Origin: Eledone cirrhosa
Lineage: Eukaryota
Assembly: GCA_964016885.1 (NCBI GenBank)
Contig: OZ024740.1
Location: 412,424,001-412,488,000, forward strand
Length of the DNA stretch: 64,000 nucleotides
Direction: 5' to 3'
The position numbers and the translations under genes are program-made. The notes beneath the pieces were generated by a model. It made no database searches. It was not told the DNA's origin and worked only from the letters and a program-made list of their open reading frames with translations. Position 1 is the stretch's first letter. The number at the start of each line of letters is the position of its first letter. Positions 1 through 12,547 of the stretch are shown here, in pieces.

Positions 1-413
1 CGGCTTATCTTTAAAATTGATACAATACACCCTACGACATGCCAAACTTATACTTCTGCTTCATGTCAGCTAGTTTTACACGCCGAAATCTTAGATACAC
101 TATACCCCCCACCTAATGTAATGTCAGGGTCTTCAAATAATTTATTACTAGCATTGTTGTAATTGTTGTTATTGTTCTAACTGAATGCCATTACTACTTC
201 ATATAGTAGCCTGTATATTCCTTTCATGCCTGTATATTCTCTTCATTCTCGCATGCTGCGAAGAACTGACTGGTTATAATTTTGTATTGGCGATCGAGTA
301 ACGTGAAAACAAGCGAATAGCGATCTCTAGACCTACCAGTTCAGAGAAACAATTGTCAGCAATGAGATTAAAACCCTTTTTTGTATTGCAAACCATGTCA
401 ATCTTCTTTCCTG

Positions 414-415
<2 letters not shown>
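1..415 (+). mobile_element. Diverged solo pLTR fragment of the PLE family at 49486-53740, with a degenerate HHR (254-361)
   Basis: Reverse-complement similarity to 49660-50090 (e.g. cagctagttttacacgccg, gccattactacttcatatagtagcctg, aagcgaatagcgatctctagac). Motif tgct-GCGAAGA-long stem II-GAAA-caattg-TC-agca. Ends in (TA)n. Confidence 0.8.
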
Positions 416-449
<34 letters not shown>

Positions 450-491
450 ATATTAAATAAATGGAAGCTATATTTATAAAACCATATTTCC

Positions 492-554
492 TTTATTATA
501 TATATTTCATGGGCAACCAAAACAACATTGGTACGCTTTCATCAGATAAAATAC
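492..554 (-). ncRNA. Type I hammerhead ribozyme (mirror copy of 632-698)
   Basis: Reverse complement reads gtattttat-CTGATGA-aagcgtaccaa...tgcccat-GAAA-tatata-TA-ataaag. Confidence 0.7.
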
Positions 555-631
555 AAAGTTTGTTTTATAAATAGAGACATAACCATGAAAATCATACTTT
601 ATCGGTTGGAAATCCACTGGAAATTCACTTT

Positions 632-698
632 GTATTTTATCTGATGAAAGCATACCAATGTTGTTTTGGTTGCCCTTGAAATATATATAATAAAATAC
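632..698 (+). ncRNA. Type I hammerhead ribozyme
   Basis: Stem I gtattttat/ataaaatac; core CTGATGA (641-647); stem II; GAAA (678-681); palindromic stem III tatata; AUA cleavage triplet. Confidence 0.8.
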
Positions 699-824
699 AT
701 ATTGTTTTATAAATATAGTGTCCAATTATTTAATATCATTGAATATTTACTCCAGTTACTTTTGAGTGCTCTGAATCAGTTATAAAATTTATGTTTGTCG
801 GACTTCCAGCAAATTAAATAAAAC

Positions 825-888
<64 letters not shown>

Positions 889-2104
889 TTGTGTGTGTGA
901 GTGTGTATGTGTGTGTGTGTGTATGATGGAGGGTGTGAGTGTATGTTTATTATAGAGGGTGGCAGATTTTCAAAATGGTATATTACATTGTGGTTTCAAG
1001 TCGCTCCGATCACAACTTTGCTTTGAACTCATACATATGCGCCCGTTTCTAAAATATAGAAATCAAATTCCAGATGTAAAACTACTGTGACAAGAGTGTG
1101 CTCCAAATATTGTTCTAACCAAAAATATATTTCTTACATTTTGTATATCCCTGGAAAGATGTACGAATTGACATTCGTATATCTCTCTATCTGATTAAAG
1201 CCCCACTCATAACATTGAACTCATTTACTTGACGTGGCCAGTTGTCTATAATATCTCTCCTCCTATACTGTATCTGGAGGGACTGGTAAGATTTATAATG
1301 ATGAGTTTTTGTCTTCCGTCTTTTAATATGAAATGTAACCTGATTTAACACGCATATTGAAATAACATTGGATTTATTTGTTATATTTGTAATAACTACT
1401 AGTCAGTTTAATCTGAATTGAATAGGGATAATTGCAATTGCTATGGGGAGAAAGGCTATGAAGCAATTAATGGATTATATTTCACCGGGTATATACAGAA
1501 TTGCACGCAAGAGGATAAAAGGTGACGGAATTATACTAGCGATTCTGCTCACAAGTTTAATTACATATGGAGAATAAGTGGAGTTCACCCAGGAAGAGAT
1601 ATTCGTATAACTGTGAACATTGAGAGTTATAATTGTCACCTATTATCGTGAAAGTCTTCTACAAAGTAATTATAGGCAGAATTCTTGTTAGTGTTGATAT
1701 GGTTCTTAATTAAGGAGAGCAAATGGTAAGCAAATGAGAATGAAGAATGGGAAGGTAGGACACGCATAGTCTGAAGTGAAGCAGCTGAAAAGGATCAAAA
1801 CATTGTCACATAAAAGTTAATGATGAGGGAGGGAACAGACATAAACAAAACAATTTAAAATATATATATATAAATGTGTGTGTGTGTCTGTGTATGCGTG
1901 AGTGCATTTGTGAGTAGCAGGAATTTACATTTGCTGTTTTTTTATGTCACTTAAAAATAGGTCGATAAATTATGTATCAGACTTCAAAATCTATCTACTG
2001 GTGTTAATATAAACGACAGGATCTCTTTACGTCGCTGCATGTTGATTGTTTAATGGCTGACTGAAATCTGGAGTAGAATAATACTTTTTCACCTAAACCA
2101 AAAA

Positions 2105-2305
2105 TCATTGTTTCTAATATAGGCACATGGCCAGAAATTTTGCAGAAGATGAAAGTCAATTATATTGACCCAAGTGTATTGCTGGTGCTTCATTTTATCG
2201 ACCCTGTAAGGATGAAAGGCAAAGTTACTCTGGGTGGGATTCGAATTCATATCATAAATGGGCGTAATTCTATGTCAAAAACGAAGCTCTACCCATACTG
2301 CCAAT
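2105..2305 (-). mobile_element. Diverged tRNA-derived SINE (Nin/Deu-like core family)
   Basis: ttttatcgaccctgtaaggatgaaaggcaaagtt matches the copies at 28542 and 62529. Confidence 0.75.
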
Positions 2306-3999
2306 TCCTAAACCAAAAATAATATACACAAACGCTTCTATAGATGGTTGATTCTAATCCCCGTCCTCATCTAACAAATGTTTAAATTGATATTTCTTTA
2401 TTTATTCCAACAGGTGCAAAACTATATAGAATTATTTTCCTTTTTCAATTTCAAGTAAAAAAAAAAAGAGAAACAAATATCTTAGCAGCAATCAGAACTC
2501 TTATCTTTACCTGCTAACAAATTACCTTTGATACATAACTGCAAACAAAATGAATAATTTATATATTACATCAGGTTTTCCGAATGAATATAAAAAAAAT
2601 ATACATATATTTAAGTAGTTAACTTTTTATCACCATAAATGACAGCACATGTGTGTGTGTCGTAAATTGACGAAATCGCAGCATTTGGGTAGCATGTGCC
2701 TCGTACCAGGTTCGGCCAAGATTGCCTCGCTTATATCGAGTATATTTTCAATTTTACTCCTTAAAAATTTAAGTAAATCCAATAAACTAGTTTGGCGTAA
2801 TTTCCCAGAAGGTCCTGAAACATCTCCCTATAAGCACAATCTCCAACACTCTGCATAGATACACCACAAACTATTCGTATATTCATGTTCATCTGTGTGG
2901 TAACTGCTGCACCATAGCAAATAAATGAACTATATTTTAAATGGAATATTACTTTTGGCTTGTAGAAATTATTAATGGTTCACTACTAAATAAGTAGTTG
3001 TCATTGCGTATATAGCATAACATTTGTGATGCAGTTGTGGTTAATCAACATATGGGCAGAATACCATTTCACTTTATGATATGTTGTACAATTCCTTGCA
3101 CTATTCTGTGACATTTATTCAAGAAAATATAATAACACATTCCGAATTAAAACATATAAATAAATTAGTTGGAAGCGAAACTATAAACAACAAAATTTAA
3201 TGCAAACTATATTTAATTAGAAAATGCATTGCTATTATTCACTAAATCTCTAGCTGAGAGGTGTCACTGCTAAATGGAAGTTAATATTTATTAATGTCGA
3301 AGAAATCCTTTGGATTTGATTGGATTACAGAATATATTACATCGGAAAATACATATGATGTGTCGGCAATACCCATAACAATACATATATTATGTAGTTG
3401 AGGAGATCCACAAAGAAATATGTCGTTTATATTTTAATATGCATTAAACCGGTGCAATTTAGTAGCAAAAAATAATGCATTAAATTGGTTTGAATCACAG
3501 TATCGTTTATTTGTTCATAGTTATTAATCTCAGAAGGAATACGAAAACAAAAGACTAAGCTACGCAAATATAGATAACAAAACGTGCAAATATAATTTGG
3601 TTTCCTTTAGGGTTTCAGCATAATCTCCATTTAATTCATCGGAATTACCTTCCTTTAAAATTCGTAGCCAAACATATAATTGGTTAAATTGGATCTTATC
3701 TGTATAATATATTTCTTTACAGATGTGGTTTCTTGATTCATAGCAACATTAACACTTCCAGGCATCTAACCTTCTAATAAAGAAAAAATATATATGCTGC
3801 TATATTGGATCTGTTTAATTAAACATTTATATATATATATATATATAAATATAGTGTTATGCTTTGGGAAGGTCATGTTGCCAATAAGAAACACACGCAC
3901 CAGTTGTCACTACAATTTATTATAAATTAAATTTATAAATTTTAGAATTTATAAATTTCCGGTTGGTTAGTTCCACAACCGGACGGTTGTTCATATATT

Positions 4000-4042
4000 G
4001 TCAAAGTTCTTTCGTCAAACATTCTGTGAACTCTTCATTGAC
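4000..4042 (-). ncRNA. Degenerate HHR in the 3' region of the GIY-YIG PLE fragment
   Basis: Reverse complement gtca-ATGAAGA-gttca...tgac-GAAA-gaac-TT-tgac. C3 is replaced by A. It lies where a 3' pLTR HHR would be expected. Confidence 0.4.
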
Positions 4043-4269
4043 TGGGGATTATTTTCTTTGTTTTTGTGCCTCTCCTTTTTTCTGTCCTACACCATCTTGT
4101 TTTTGTGTGTGTTGTGTGCTTAGTTTGCGCATGTGTTACATCCGGGTGTCTGTGTGTCTTTATATTTGTTTATTTATTTGTTTATTTACATGTTACTGGT
4201 TGGTTGTTTGTTCTATGTGTGTGTGTGTGTTTTTATTTTGTCCTTAATTGTAAGTTGTGATGTTGTTAT

Positions 4270-5004
4270 TGCATTTATGTTTTCTATTTAATTTTGGTTA
4301 GAGTTCATTTATGTTTATTGCCTCTGTGATTTGTCTAAACATTGCGTCTTTTCTGTGTGTAGATTTTATTTTTATTTATATGTCTCTAATTTAACCTTAT
4401 GTTCTATTTTAGCATGTTGGTGGAGTACAGATGATTCTTTTCTATCTTGAAGCTCTCGCCAGTGTTCATTTATCCGTTCTCCTATACTACGAGCTGTCTC
4501 ACCTATGTACACTATATTCTTATCTCTACATTGTCCTTCAATACATCTTATGCTATATACTACATTTCTAGTTTTACAGTTAATATGGGGACTTAGTTTA
4601 CTAATTATACAATGCTTTTCTATACAAGTAGGTCTTTGAAAAGGGTATGTATTGCTTATAAGTGTTTTTATGGAGGTACCTGGACTTTCTACTATCTTAA
4701 TATTGAGTTTATGTTTATCTAGGGCCCTTCTAAATGTGTAAGCTAATTCACCTCTAGTGGTTGCATTGATGAACAGTACACTCTGGTATTTATTGCTATC
4801 ATACGATGAGTTTATTCTATTAACCTTATTCCTAGTTCTTTCTATTCTATACCAAAATTTGCTTCTATACAAGTGGCAGGTCCCATTTGTATCATTATTT
4901 ACTACTTTTTCCCATTTGGTTCTGGCTCCTCTATATACTATGATTTTATCTCTCTGATTGTAAGCAGAGAACTGCATACGGTGGTTCAGATATTTGGAAG
5001 TCAT
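4270..5004 (-). pseudogene. PLE 3' fragment (non-Naiad type): Cys linker + GIY-YIG endonuclease, frameshifted
   Basis: ORF 4372-5004 contains NCKTRNVVYSIRC...VYIGETARSIGERINEH. After a frameshift it continues as HRKDAMFRQITEAIN, which includes the catalytic Glu motif. Confidence 0.85.
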
Positions 5005-5061
5005 GGGTTTGGCATAATGGGAATGGAGGATTTATATATATATATATTATTTTATAGAAGG

Positions 5062-5112
5062 AGCTTCTACAGGACAAGTACTGTTTCATACAGATGAAAT
5101 CTTCAGGAAGCT
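5062..5112 (-). ncRNA. Type I HHR (same family as 10278-10328)
   Basis: Reverse complement agcttc-CTGAAGA-tttcatctgtat-GAAA-cag...ctg-TA-gaagct. Stem II is weakened by a substitution. Confidence 0.6.
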
Positions 5113-5146
5113 GGGTGTCATATTAAGTTCTGGTATTTATACATTT

Positions 5147-5198
<52 letters not shown>

Positions 5199-5319
5199 AC
5201 AAACATAGAATATTCGAAAATATTCTGTATGTTTATAATAAACATTTCGAAGACCCAATCGCTATAGAATAGAATACGTCACGTATTACAATTTGAGATT
5301 CTCGATAAAAGCAAGGGAA

Positions 5320-5362
5320 GTAACCTACGCGTTTCATTCTTATTAGAAATCATCAGGATTAC
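5320..5362 (-). ncRNA. Minimal type I HHR, first of 7 minus-strand copies (every 312 bp to 7192-7234)
   Basis: Reverse complement gtaatc-CTGATGA-tttctaataagaat-GAAA-cgcg-TA-ggttac. Confidence 0.85.
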
Positions 5363-7711
5363 ATATCCAGTGCTTTTATCGAGAATGACACAGCTAGAGA
5401 CTTATAGAATACTTAGCTGTGTACAGAAACTGGTTTGAAAGAGCGGTTGCCGGTCCGGCAAAAATTAGAATTTGGATATAATGCTCTGAAATAGCGATAT
5501 ATATGTGAAGACAAACATAGAATATTCGAAAATATTCTGTATGTTTATAATAAACATTTCGAAGACCCAATCGCTATAGAATAGAATACGTCACGTATTA
5601 CAATTTGAGATTCTCGATAAAAGCAAGGGAAGTAACCTACGCGTTTCATTCTTATTAGAAATCATCAGGATTACATATCCAGTGCTTTTATCGAGAATGA
5701 CACAGCTAGAGACTTATAGAATACTTAGCTGTGTACAGGAACTGGTTTGAAAGAGCGGTTGCCGATCCGGCAGAAATTAGAATTTGGATATAATGCTCTG
5801 AAATAGCGATATATATGTGAAGACAAACATAGAATATTCGAAAATATTCTGTATGTTTATAATAAACATTTCGAAGACCCAATCGCTATAGAATAGAATA
5901 CGTCACGTATTACAATTTGAGATTCTCGATAAAAGCAAGGGAAGTAACCTACGCGTTTCATTCTTATTAGAAATCATCAGGATTACATATCCAGTGCTTT
6001 TATCGAGAATGACACAGCTAGAGACTTATAGAATACTTAGCTGTGTACAGGAACTGGTTTGAAAGAGCGGTTGCCGGTCCGGCAGAAATTAGAATTTGGA
6101 TATAATGCTCTGAAATAGCGATATATATGTGAAGACAAACATAGAATATTCGAAAATATTCTGTATGTTTATAATAAACATTTCGAAGACCCAATCGCTA
6201 TAGAATAGAATACGTCACGTATTACAATTTGAGATTCTCGATAAAAGCAAGGGAAGTAACCTACGCGTTTCATTCTTATTAGAAATCATCAGGATTACAT
6301 ATCCAGTGCTTTTATCGAGAATGACACAGCTAGAGACTTATAGAATACTTAGCTGTGTACAGGAACTGGTTTGAAAGAGCGGTTGCCGATCCGGCAGAAA
6401 TTAGAATTTGGATATAATGCTCTGAAATAGCGATATATATGTGAAGACAAACATAGAATATTCGAAAATATTCTGTATGTTTATAATAAACATTTCGAAG
6501 ACCCAATCGCTATAGAATAGAATACGTCACGTATTACAATTTGAGATTCTCGATAAAAGCAAGGGAAGTAACCTACGCGTTTCATTCTTATTAGAAATCA
6601 TCAGGATTACATATCCAGTGCTTTTATCGAGAATGACACAGCTAGAGACTTATAGAATACTTAGCTGTGTACAGGAACTGGTTTGAAAGAGCGGTTGCCG
6701 GTCCGGCAGAAATTAGAATTTGGATATAATGCTCTGAAATAGCGATATATATGTGAAGACAAACATAGAATATTCGAAAATATTCTGTATGTTTATAATA
6801 AACATTTCGAAGACCCAATCGCTATAGAATAGAATATGTCACGTATTACAATTTGAGATTCTCGATAAAAGCAAGGGAAGTAACCTACGCGTTTCATTCT
6901 TATTAGAAATCATCAGGATTACATATCCAGTGCTTTTATCGAGAATGACACAGCTAGAGACTTATAGAATACTTAGCTGTGTACAGGAACTGGTTTGAAA
7001 GAGCGGTTGCCGGTCTGGCAGAAATTAGAATTTGGATATAATGCTCTGAAATAGCGATATATATGTGAAGACAAACATAGAATATTCGAAAATATTCTGT
7101 ATGTTTATAATAAACATTTCGAAGACCCAATCGCTATAGAATAGAATACGTCACGTATTACAATTTGAGATTCTCGATAAAAGCAAGGGAAGTAACCTAC
7201 GCGTTTCATTCTTATTAGAAATCATCAGGATTACATATCCAGTGCTTTTATCGAGAATGACACATCTAGAGACTTATAGAATACTTAGCTGTGTACAGGA
7301 ACTGGTTTGAAAGAGCGGTTGCCGATCCGGCAGAAATTAGAATTTGGATATAATGCTCTGAAATAGCGATATATATGTGAAGACAAACATAGAATATTCG
7401 AAAATATACTGTATGTTTATAAGAATGAAACGCGTGGGTTACTTCCCTTGCTTTTATCGAGAATCTCAAATTGTAATACGTGACGTATTCTATTCTATAG
7501 CGATTGGGTTTTCGAAATGTTTATTATAAACATACAGAATATTTTCGAATATTCTATGTTTGTCTTCACATATATATCGCTATTTCAGAGCATTATATCC
7601 AAATTCTAATTTCTGCCGGACCGGCAACCGCTCTTTCAAACCAGTTCCTGTACACAGCTAAGTATTCTATAAGTCTCTAGCTGTGTCATTCTCGATAAAA
7701 GCACTGGATAT

Positions 7712-7754
7712 GTAATCCTGATGATTTCTAATAAGAATGAAACGCGTAGGTTAC
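7712..7754 (+). ncRNA. Minimal type I HHR, first of 6 plus-strand copies (CTGATGA at 7718, 8030, 8342, 8654, 8966, 9278)
   Basis: Stem I gtaatc/ggttac, extended distally by attctcgataaaagca/tgcttttatcgagaat. Stem II ttct/agaa. Palindromic stem III ACGCGT. GUA site. Confidence 0.85.
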
Positions 7755-9509
7755 TTCCCTTGCTTTTATCGAGAATCACAAATTGTAATACGTGACGTAT
7801 TCTATTCTATAGCGATTGGTTCTTCGAAATGTTTATTATAAACATACAGAATATTTTCGAATATTCTATGTTTGTCTTCACATATATATCGCTATTTCAG
7901 AGCATTATATCCAAATTCTAATTTCTGCCGGACCGGCAACCGCTCTTTCAAACCAGTTCCTGTACACAGCTAAGTATTCTATAAGTCTCTAGCTGTGTCA
8001 TTCTCGATAAAAGCACTGGATATGTAATCCTGATGATTTCTAATAAGAATGAAACGCGTAGGTTACTTCCCTTGCTCTTATCGAGAATCTCAAATTGTAA
8101 TACGTGACGTATTCTATTCTATAGCGATTGGGTCTTCGAAATGTTTATTATAAACATACAGAATATTTTCGAATATTCTATGTTTGTCTTCACATATATA
8201 TCGCTATTTCAGAGCATTATATCCAAATTCTAATTTCTGCCGGACAGGCAACCGCTCTTTCAAACCAGTTCCTGTACACAGCTAAGTATTCTATAAGTCT
8301 CTAGCTGTGTCATTCTCGATAAAAGCACTGGATATGTAATCCTGATGATTTCTAATAAGAATGAAACGCGTAGGTTACTTCCCTTGCTTTTATCGAGAAT
8401 CTCAAATTGTAATACGTGACGTATTCTATTCTATAGCGATTGGGTCTTCGAAATGTTTATTATAAACATACAGAATGTTTTCGAATATTCTATGTTTGTC
8501 TTCACATATATATCGCTATTTCAGAGCATTATATCCAAATTCTAATTTCTGCCGGACCGGCAACCGCTCTTTCAAACCAGTTCCTGTACACAGCTAAGTA
8601 TTCTATAAGTCTCTAGCTGTGTCATTCTCGATAAAAGCACTGGATATGTAATCCTGATGATTTCTAATAAGAATGAAACGCGTAGGTTACTTCCCTTGCT
8701 TTTATCGAGAATCTCAAATTGTAATACGTGACGTATTCTATTCTATAGCGATTGGGTCTTCGAAATGTTTATTATAAACATACAGAATATTTTCGAATAT
8801 TCTATGTTTGTCTTCACATATATATCGCTATTTCAGAGCATTATATCCAAATTCTAATTTCTGCCGGACAGGCAACCGCTCTTTCAAACCAGTTCCTGTA
8901 CACAGCTAAGTATTCTATAAGTCTCTAGCTGTGTCATTCTCGATAAAAGCACTGGATATGTAATCCTGATGATTTCTAATAAGAATGAAACGCGTAGGTT
9001 ACTTCCCTTGCTTTTATCGAGAATCTCAAATTGTAATACGTGACGTATTCTATTCTATAGCGATTGGGTCTTCGAAATGTTTATTATAAACATACAGAAT
9101 GTTTTCGAATATTCTATGTTTGTCTTCACATATATATCGCTATTTCAGAGCATTATATCCAAATTCTAATTTCTGCCGGACCGGCAACTGCTCTTTCAAA
9201 CCAGTTCCTGTACACAGCTAAGTATTGTATAAGTCTCTAGCTGTGTCATTCTCGATAAAAGCACTGGATATGTAATCCTGATGATTTCTAATAAGAATGA
9301 AACGCGTAGGTTACTTCCCTTGCGTTTATCGAGAATCTCAAATTGTAATACGTGACGTATTCTATTCTATAGCGATTGGGTCTTCGCAATGTTTATTATA
9401 AACATACAGAATATTTTTGAATATTCTATGTTTGTTTTCACATATATATCGCTATTTCAGAGCATTATATCCAAATATATATATATATATTTATATACAC
9501 ATATATATT

Positions 9510-9595
<86 letters not shown>

Positions 9596-9723
9596 AAAGT
9601 TTTATTTAAAATTGTTGGGTTACAACGAGTAAATATTTTATAACTGATATAAAAGCACTCAAAAGTTTTTGGAGTAGGTTTACGATATTAAACAAATGGA
9701 AACTATATTTATAAAACCATATT

Positions 9724-9789
9724 TATTTCGTTATATATATTTCTGGGATATCATATTAAAAATATGGTATGCCTTCCTCAGACAAAATA
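9724..9789 (-). ncRNA. Type I HHR related to the 632-698 family
   Basis: Reverse complement tattttgt-CTGAGGA-aggcataccatatt...aatatgatatccca-GAAA-tatata-TA-acgaaata. Confidence 0.65.
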
Positions 9790-10092
9790 CAATATATAAG
9801 GTGTTTTATAAATAATTTTGACATACCTTAGAATAATGCAACTTCCATTTAAAAAGTTGATTTGGTAGTGAAACTGTTGAGGACAGTTATAGAGAACGAA
9901 AGACGAAGAAAAACGAAGATAAAAAGAAGAAGATGAAGAGATGCACGTAAAGAGAAACAACAGAGCGAGATAGAGAGAGAAGGAGATATGGGAGAGAGAA
10001 ATATATTGAGGAAGTGAAAAAATAGTAGGCTACTTTGGGACAGATGATCCTCGTACAAGTGAGAGGTTAAGGGGGGAAGGGAAACAGTTATA

Positions 10093-10154
<62 letters not shown>

Positions 10155-10277
10155 GATATATAGATATATATATATATATATATATATATACGTAGGTCCC
10201 GGGTCGAGTCGGCGATAACCACAGTAAGTAAGGTACTCAATACATGGCAGAGTAAAAAAAAATTATTTTATAGAAGG

Positions 10278-10328
10278 AGCTTCTACAGGACTAGTACTGT
10301 TTCATTCAGATGAAATCTTCAGGAAGCT
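10278..10328 (-). ncRNA. Type I HHR within a pLTR-like repeat (~10190-10560)
   Basis: Reverse complement agcttc-CTGAAGA-tttcatctgaat-GAAA-cag tactagtc ctg-TA-gaagct. Stem I is 6 bp, stem III is intramolecular, and the site is GUA. Confidence 0.8.
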
Positions 10329-10609
10329 GGGTGTCATATTAAGTTCTGGTATTTATACATTTAGGTAGTGGTAAGGGAGGGGTGGTGACTGGGGGGGGGA
10401 TTGTTTGGGGGTAGGATGGTATTTAGATACACAGGACCACAACATGTCACAGGCCGCTTTTTCTTTGGGGAGTGGTTAATTAGCCAGAGTGCTTTTTTGA
10501 AATAAATAAATAAGTAGATAAATAAATAAATGAATAAATAGATAAATGAATAAATAAATAAATAAAAAAAAAATAAAAAAAATAAAAAAATAAATAAATA
10601 AAAACCCCA

Positions 10610-10716
10610 ATAATTGTTTCTACGTTAGGCACAAGGCCAGCGATTAGCAGTGTACTACTGGTAATTTATTTTATCGACCCCGTAAGGATGAAAGGCAAAG
10701 TTAACCTCGGCGGGAT
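10610..10716 (-). mobile_element. Partial tRNA-derived SINE (Nin/Deu-like core)
   Basis: tatcgaccccgtaaggatgaaaggcaaagttaacctcggcggg. Confidence 0.75.
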
Positions 10717-10893
10717 ATATAGTAGGGAATTTTTTTAGGTGGATTGGTAATAGAAATTAAACAAGACCGAATCATGGCTCAGACTGAGGTGAGTGGTCAA
10801 GTTAACATACAAGCCACAGGTGGCCAGAGTGTTTTTGTAGAATGGAAAGAATAAAATATATTTACATACACACAACCACATACAAAAACACTT

Positions 10894-10959
<66 letters not shown>

Positions 10960-11118
10960 GTGCATACCTACACACACACACATATATATACATACATACA
11001 CATACACATACACACACATATACATACACACACACACACACACATACATACACATATATACATATATACACAAGAAAAACACAAATACACAAATATACAC
11101 ACACACACGCATACACAT

Positions 11119-11157
<39 letters not shown>

Positions 11158-11167
11158 CACACGTGCG

Positions 11168-11202
<35 letters not shown>

Positions 11203-11207
<5 letters not shown>

Positions 11208-11964
11208 CGTTCCTGGGGTTTTTAACCCTAGGACAGGAAAATGCTTCTCTGATGATCGTTGCTTTTCCATTAATATCCACGTGATATCTAATGATTTGCA
11301 TCGTGAAACTGTACAGTTAGGGCCATTTGAATAGGTAAATATTTATATTATATTTTTTAATTTTGATTAATTTTAATTGTATATTAATTTTGATATATTT
11401 TGAAAAATTGGTTGAATTTTACTTGTTATGCTTATCTTGATATTAAGTTCTGGTATATCAAATTATTACCATAGAACCACCTTAAATCATAGACACACTA
11501 TATATTTCCGGGGGTACATTGTACCCTCAGATATATATTAACCTTATTCAACATTCTCCAGTATGTAGAGAAAAATCCTGTCGTTCTATTTAGTTGCTAA
11601 AAATATTTTTTGGTAGCGATCATAGACGGCTAGTCTACGATTTCCCGCCTTCACTATACACCAATGTATTTACGGGTCACTTTCACGACCTTTCAGACCT
11701 GTATTAATTGGAGTGAGGTCATATATTTTGTCGTTCCTGGGGTTTTTAACCCTAGGACAGGAAAATGCTTCTCTGATGATCGTTGCTTTTCCATTAATAT
11801 CCACGTGATATCTAATGTTTTGCATCGTGAAACTGTAGAGTTAGGGCCATTTGAATAGGTAAATATTTATATTATATTTTTTTAATTTTGATTAATTTTA
11901 ATTGTATATTAATTTTGATTTATTTTGAAAAATTGGTTGAATTTTACTTGTTCTGCTTATCTTG

Positions 11965-11966
<2 letters not shown>
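11203..11966 (+). repeat. Partial tandem (524-bp period) pLTR-like unit with two HHRs
   Basis: 11203-11441 is repeated at 11727-11966. Bounded by (TA)n. Confidence 0.85.
11239..11328 (+). ncRNA. Type I HHR with extended stem II (second copy 11763-11852)
   Basis: ttct-CTGATGA(11249)-tcgttgc...gcatcgt-GAAA-ctgtacag (palindrome)-TT-aggg. The second copy has a broken palindrome (ctgtagag). Confidence 0.7.
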
Positions 11967-12023
<57 letters not shown>

Positions 12024-12169
12024 CATACATACACACACATACACATATACAAGCACACACGCATACATACATACAAATAAGTACACATAAACGCATATGC
12101 ACAAACACGCACTCGTTCGCACTCATACATGTGTCTATAATATAATGGTAGTGGGACAAATTTTAAATT

Positions 12170-12508
12170 TTAAATTTTAAATTTTAAATTTTAAATTTTA
12201 AACTGGGCCTGATAGAGGATTAAAATAATTAATATCACTCCTAAATTATTAATATTATCATCAAGTAATTAATTACTATTTATTATTTACTATTTACCAT
12301 TCACTATTCGTTACCTATCTTTTATCTATTTTCTCTTCATTACCTAATAATTCACTCATAAATTAATAAATAAATTAATTAATTAATGAGTTAACTAACA
12401 AACAAACAAACAAACAGATAAACAAATAAACCAGTAAATAAGTAAATAAATACATAAATAAATAGATAAATAAATAAATAAGTAAATAAAGTAACTAAAT
12501 AAATTAAC

Positions 12509-12547
<39 letters not shown>

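Larger units (their letters stand above)
445..741. repeat. Fold-back (inverted) duplication carrying two HHRs
   Basis: Arms ~445-558 and ~628-741 are imperfect reverse complements. Confidence 0.8.
5196..9476. repeat. 312-bp tandem array with one HHR per unit and an internal inversion at ~7420 (retrozyme/pLTR-like satellite)
   Basis: Unit starts at 5196, 5508, 5820, 6132, 6444, 6756, 7068 and 7380. Reverse-complement units run 7419-9476. (TA)n on both flanks. Confidence 0.95.

Noticed and set aside
5196-9476. CRISPR-like interpretation of the tandem arrays
   Set aside because: There are no unique spacers, whole units are repeated, and the context is eukaryotic.
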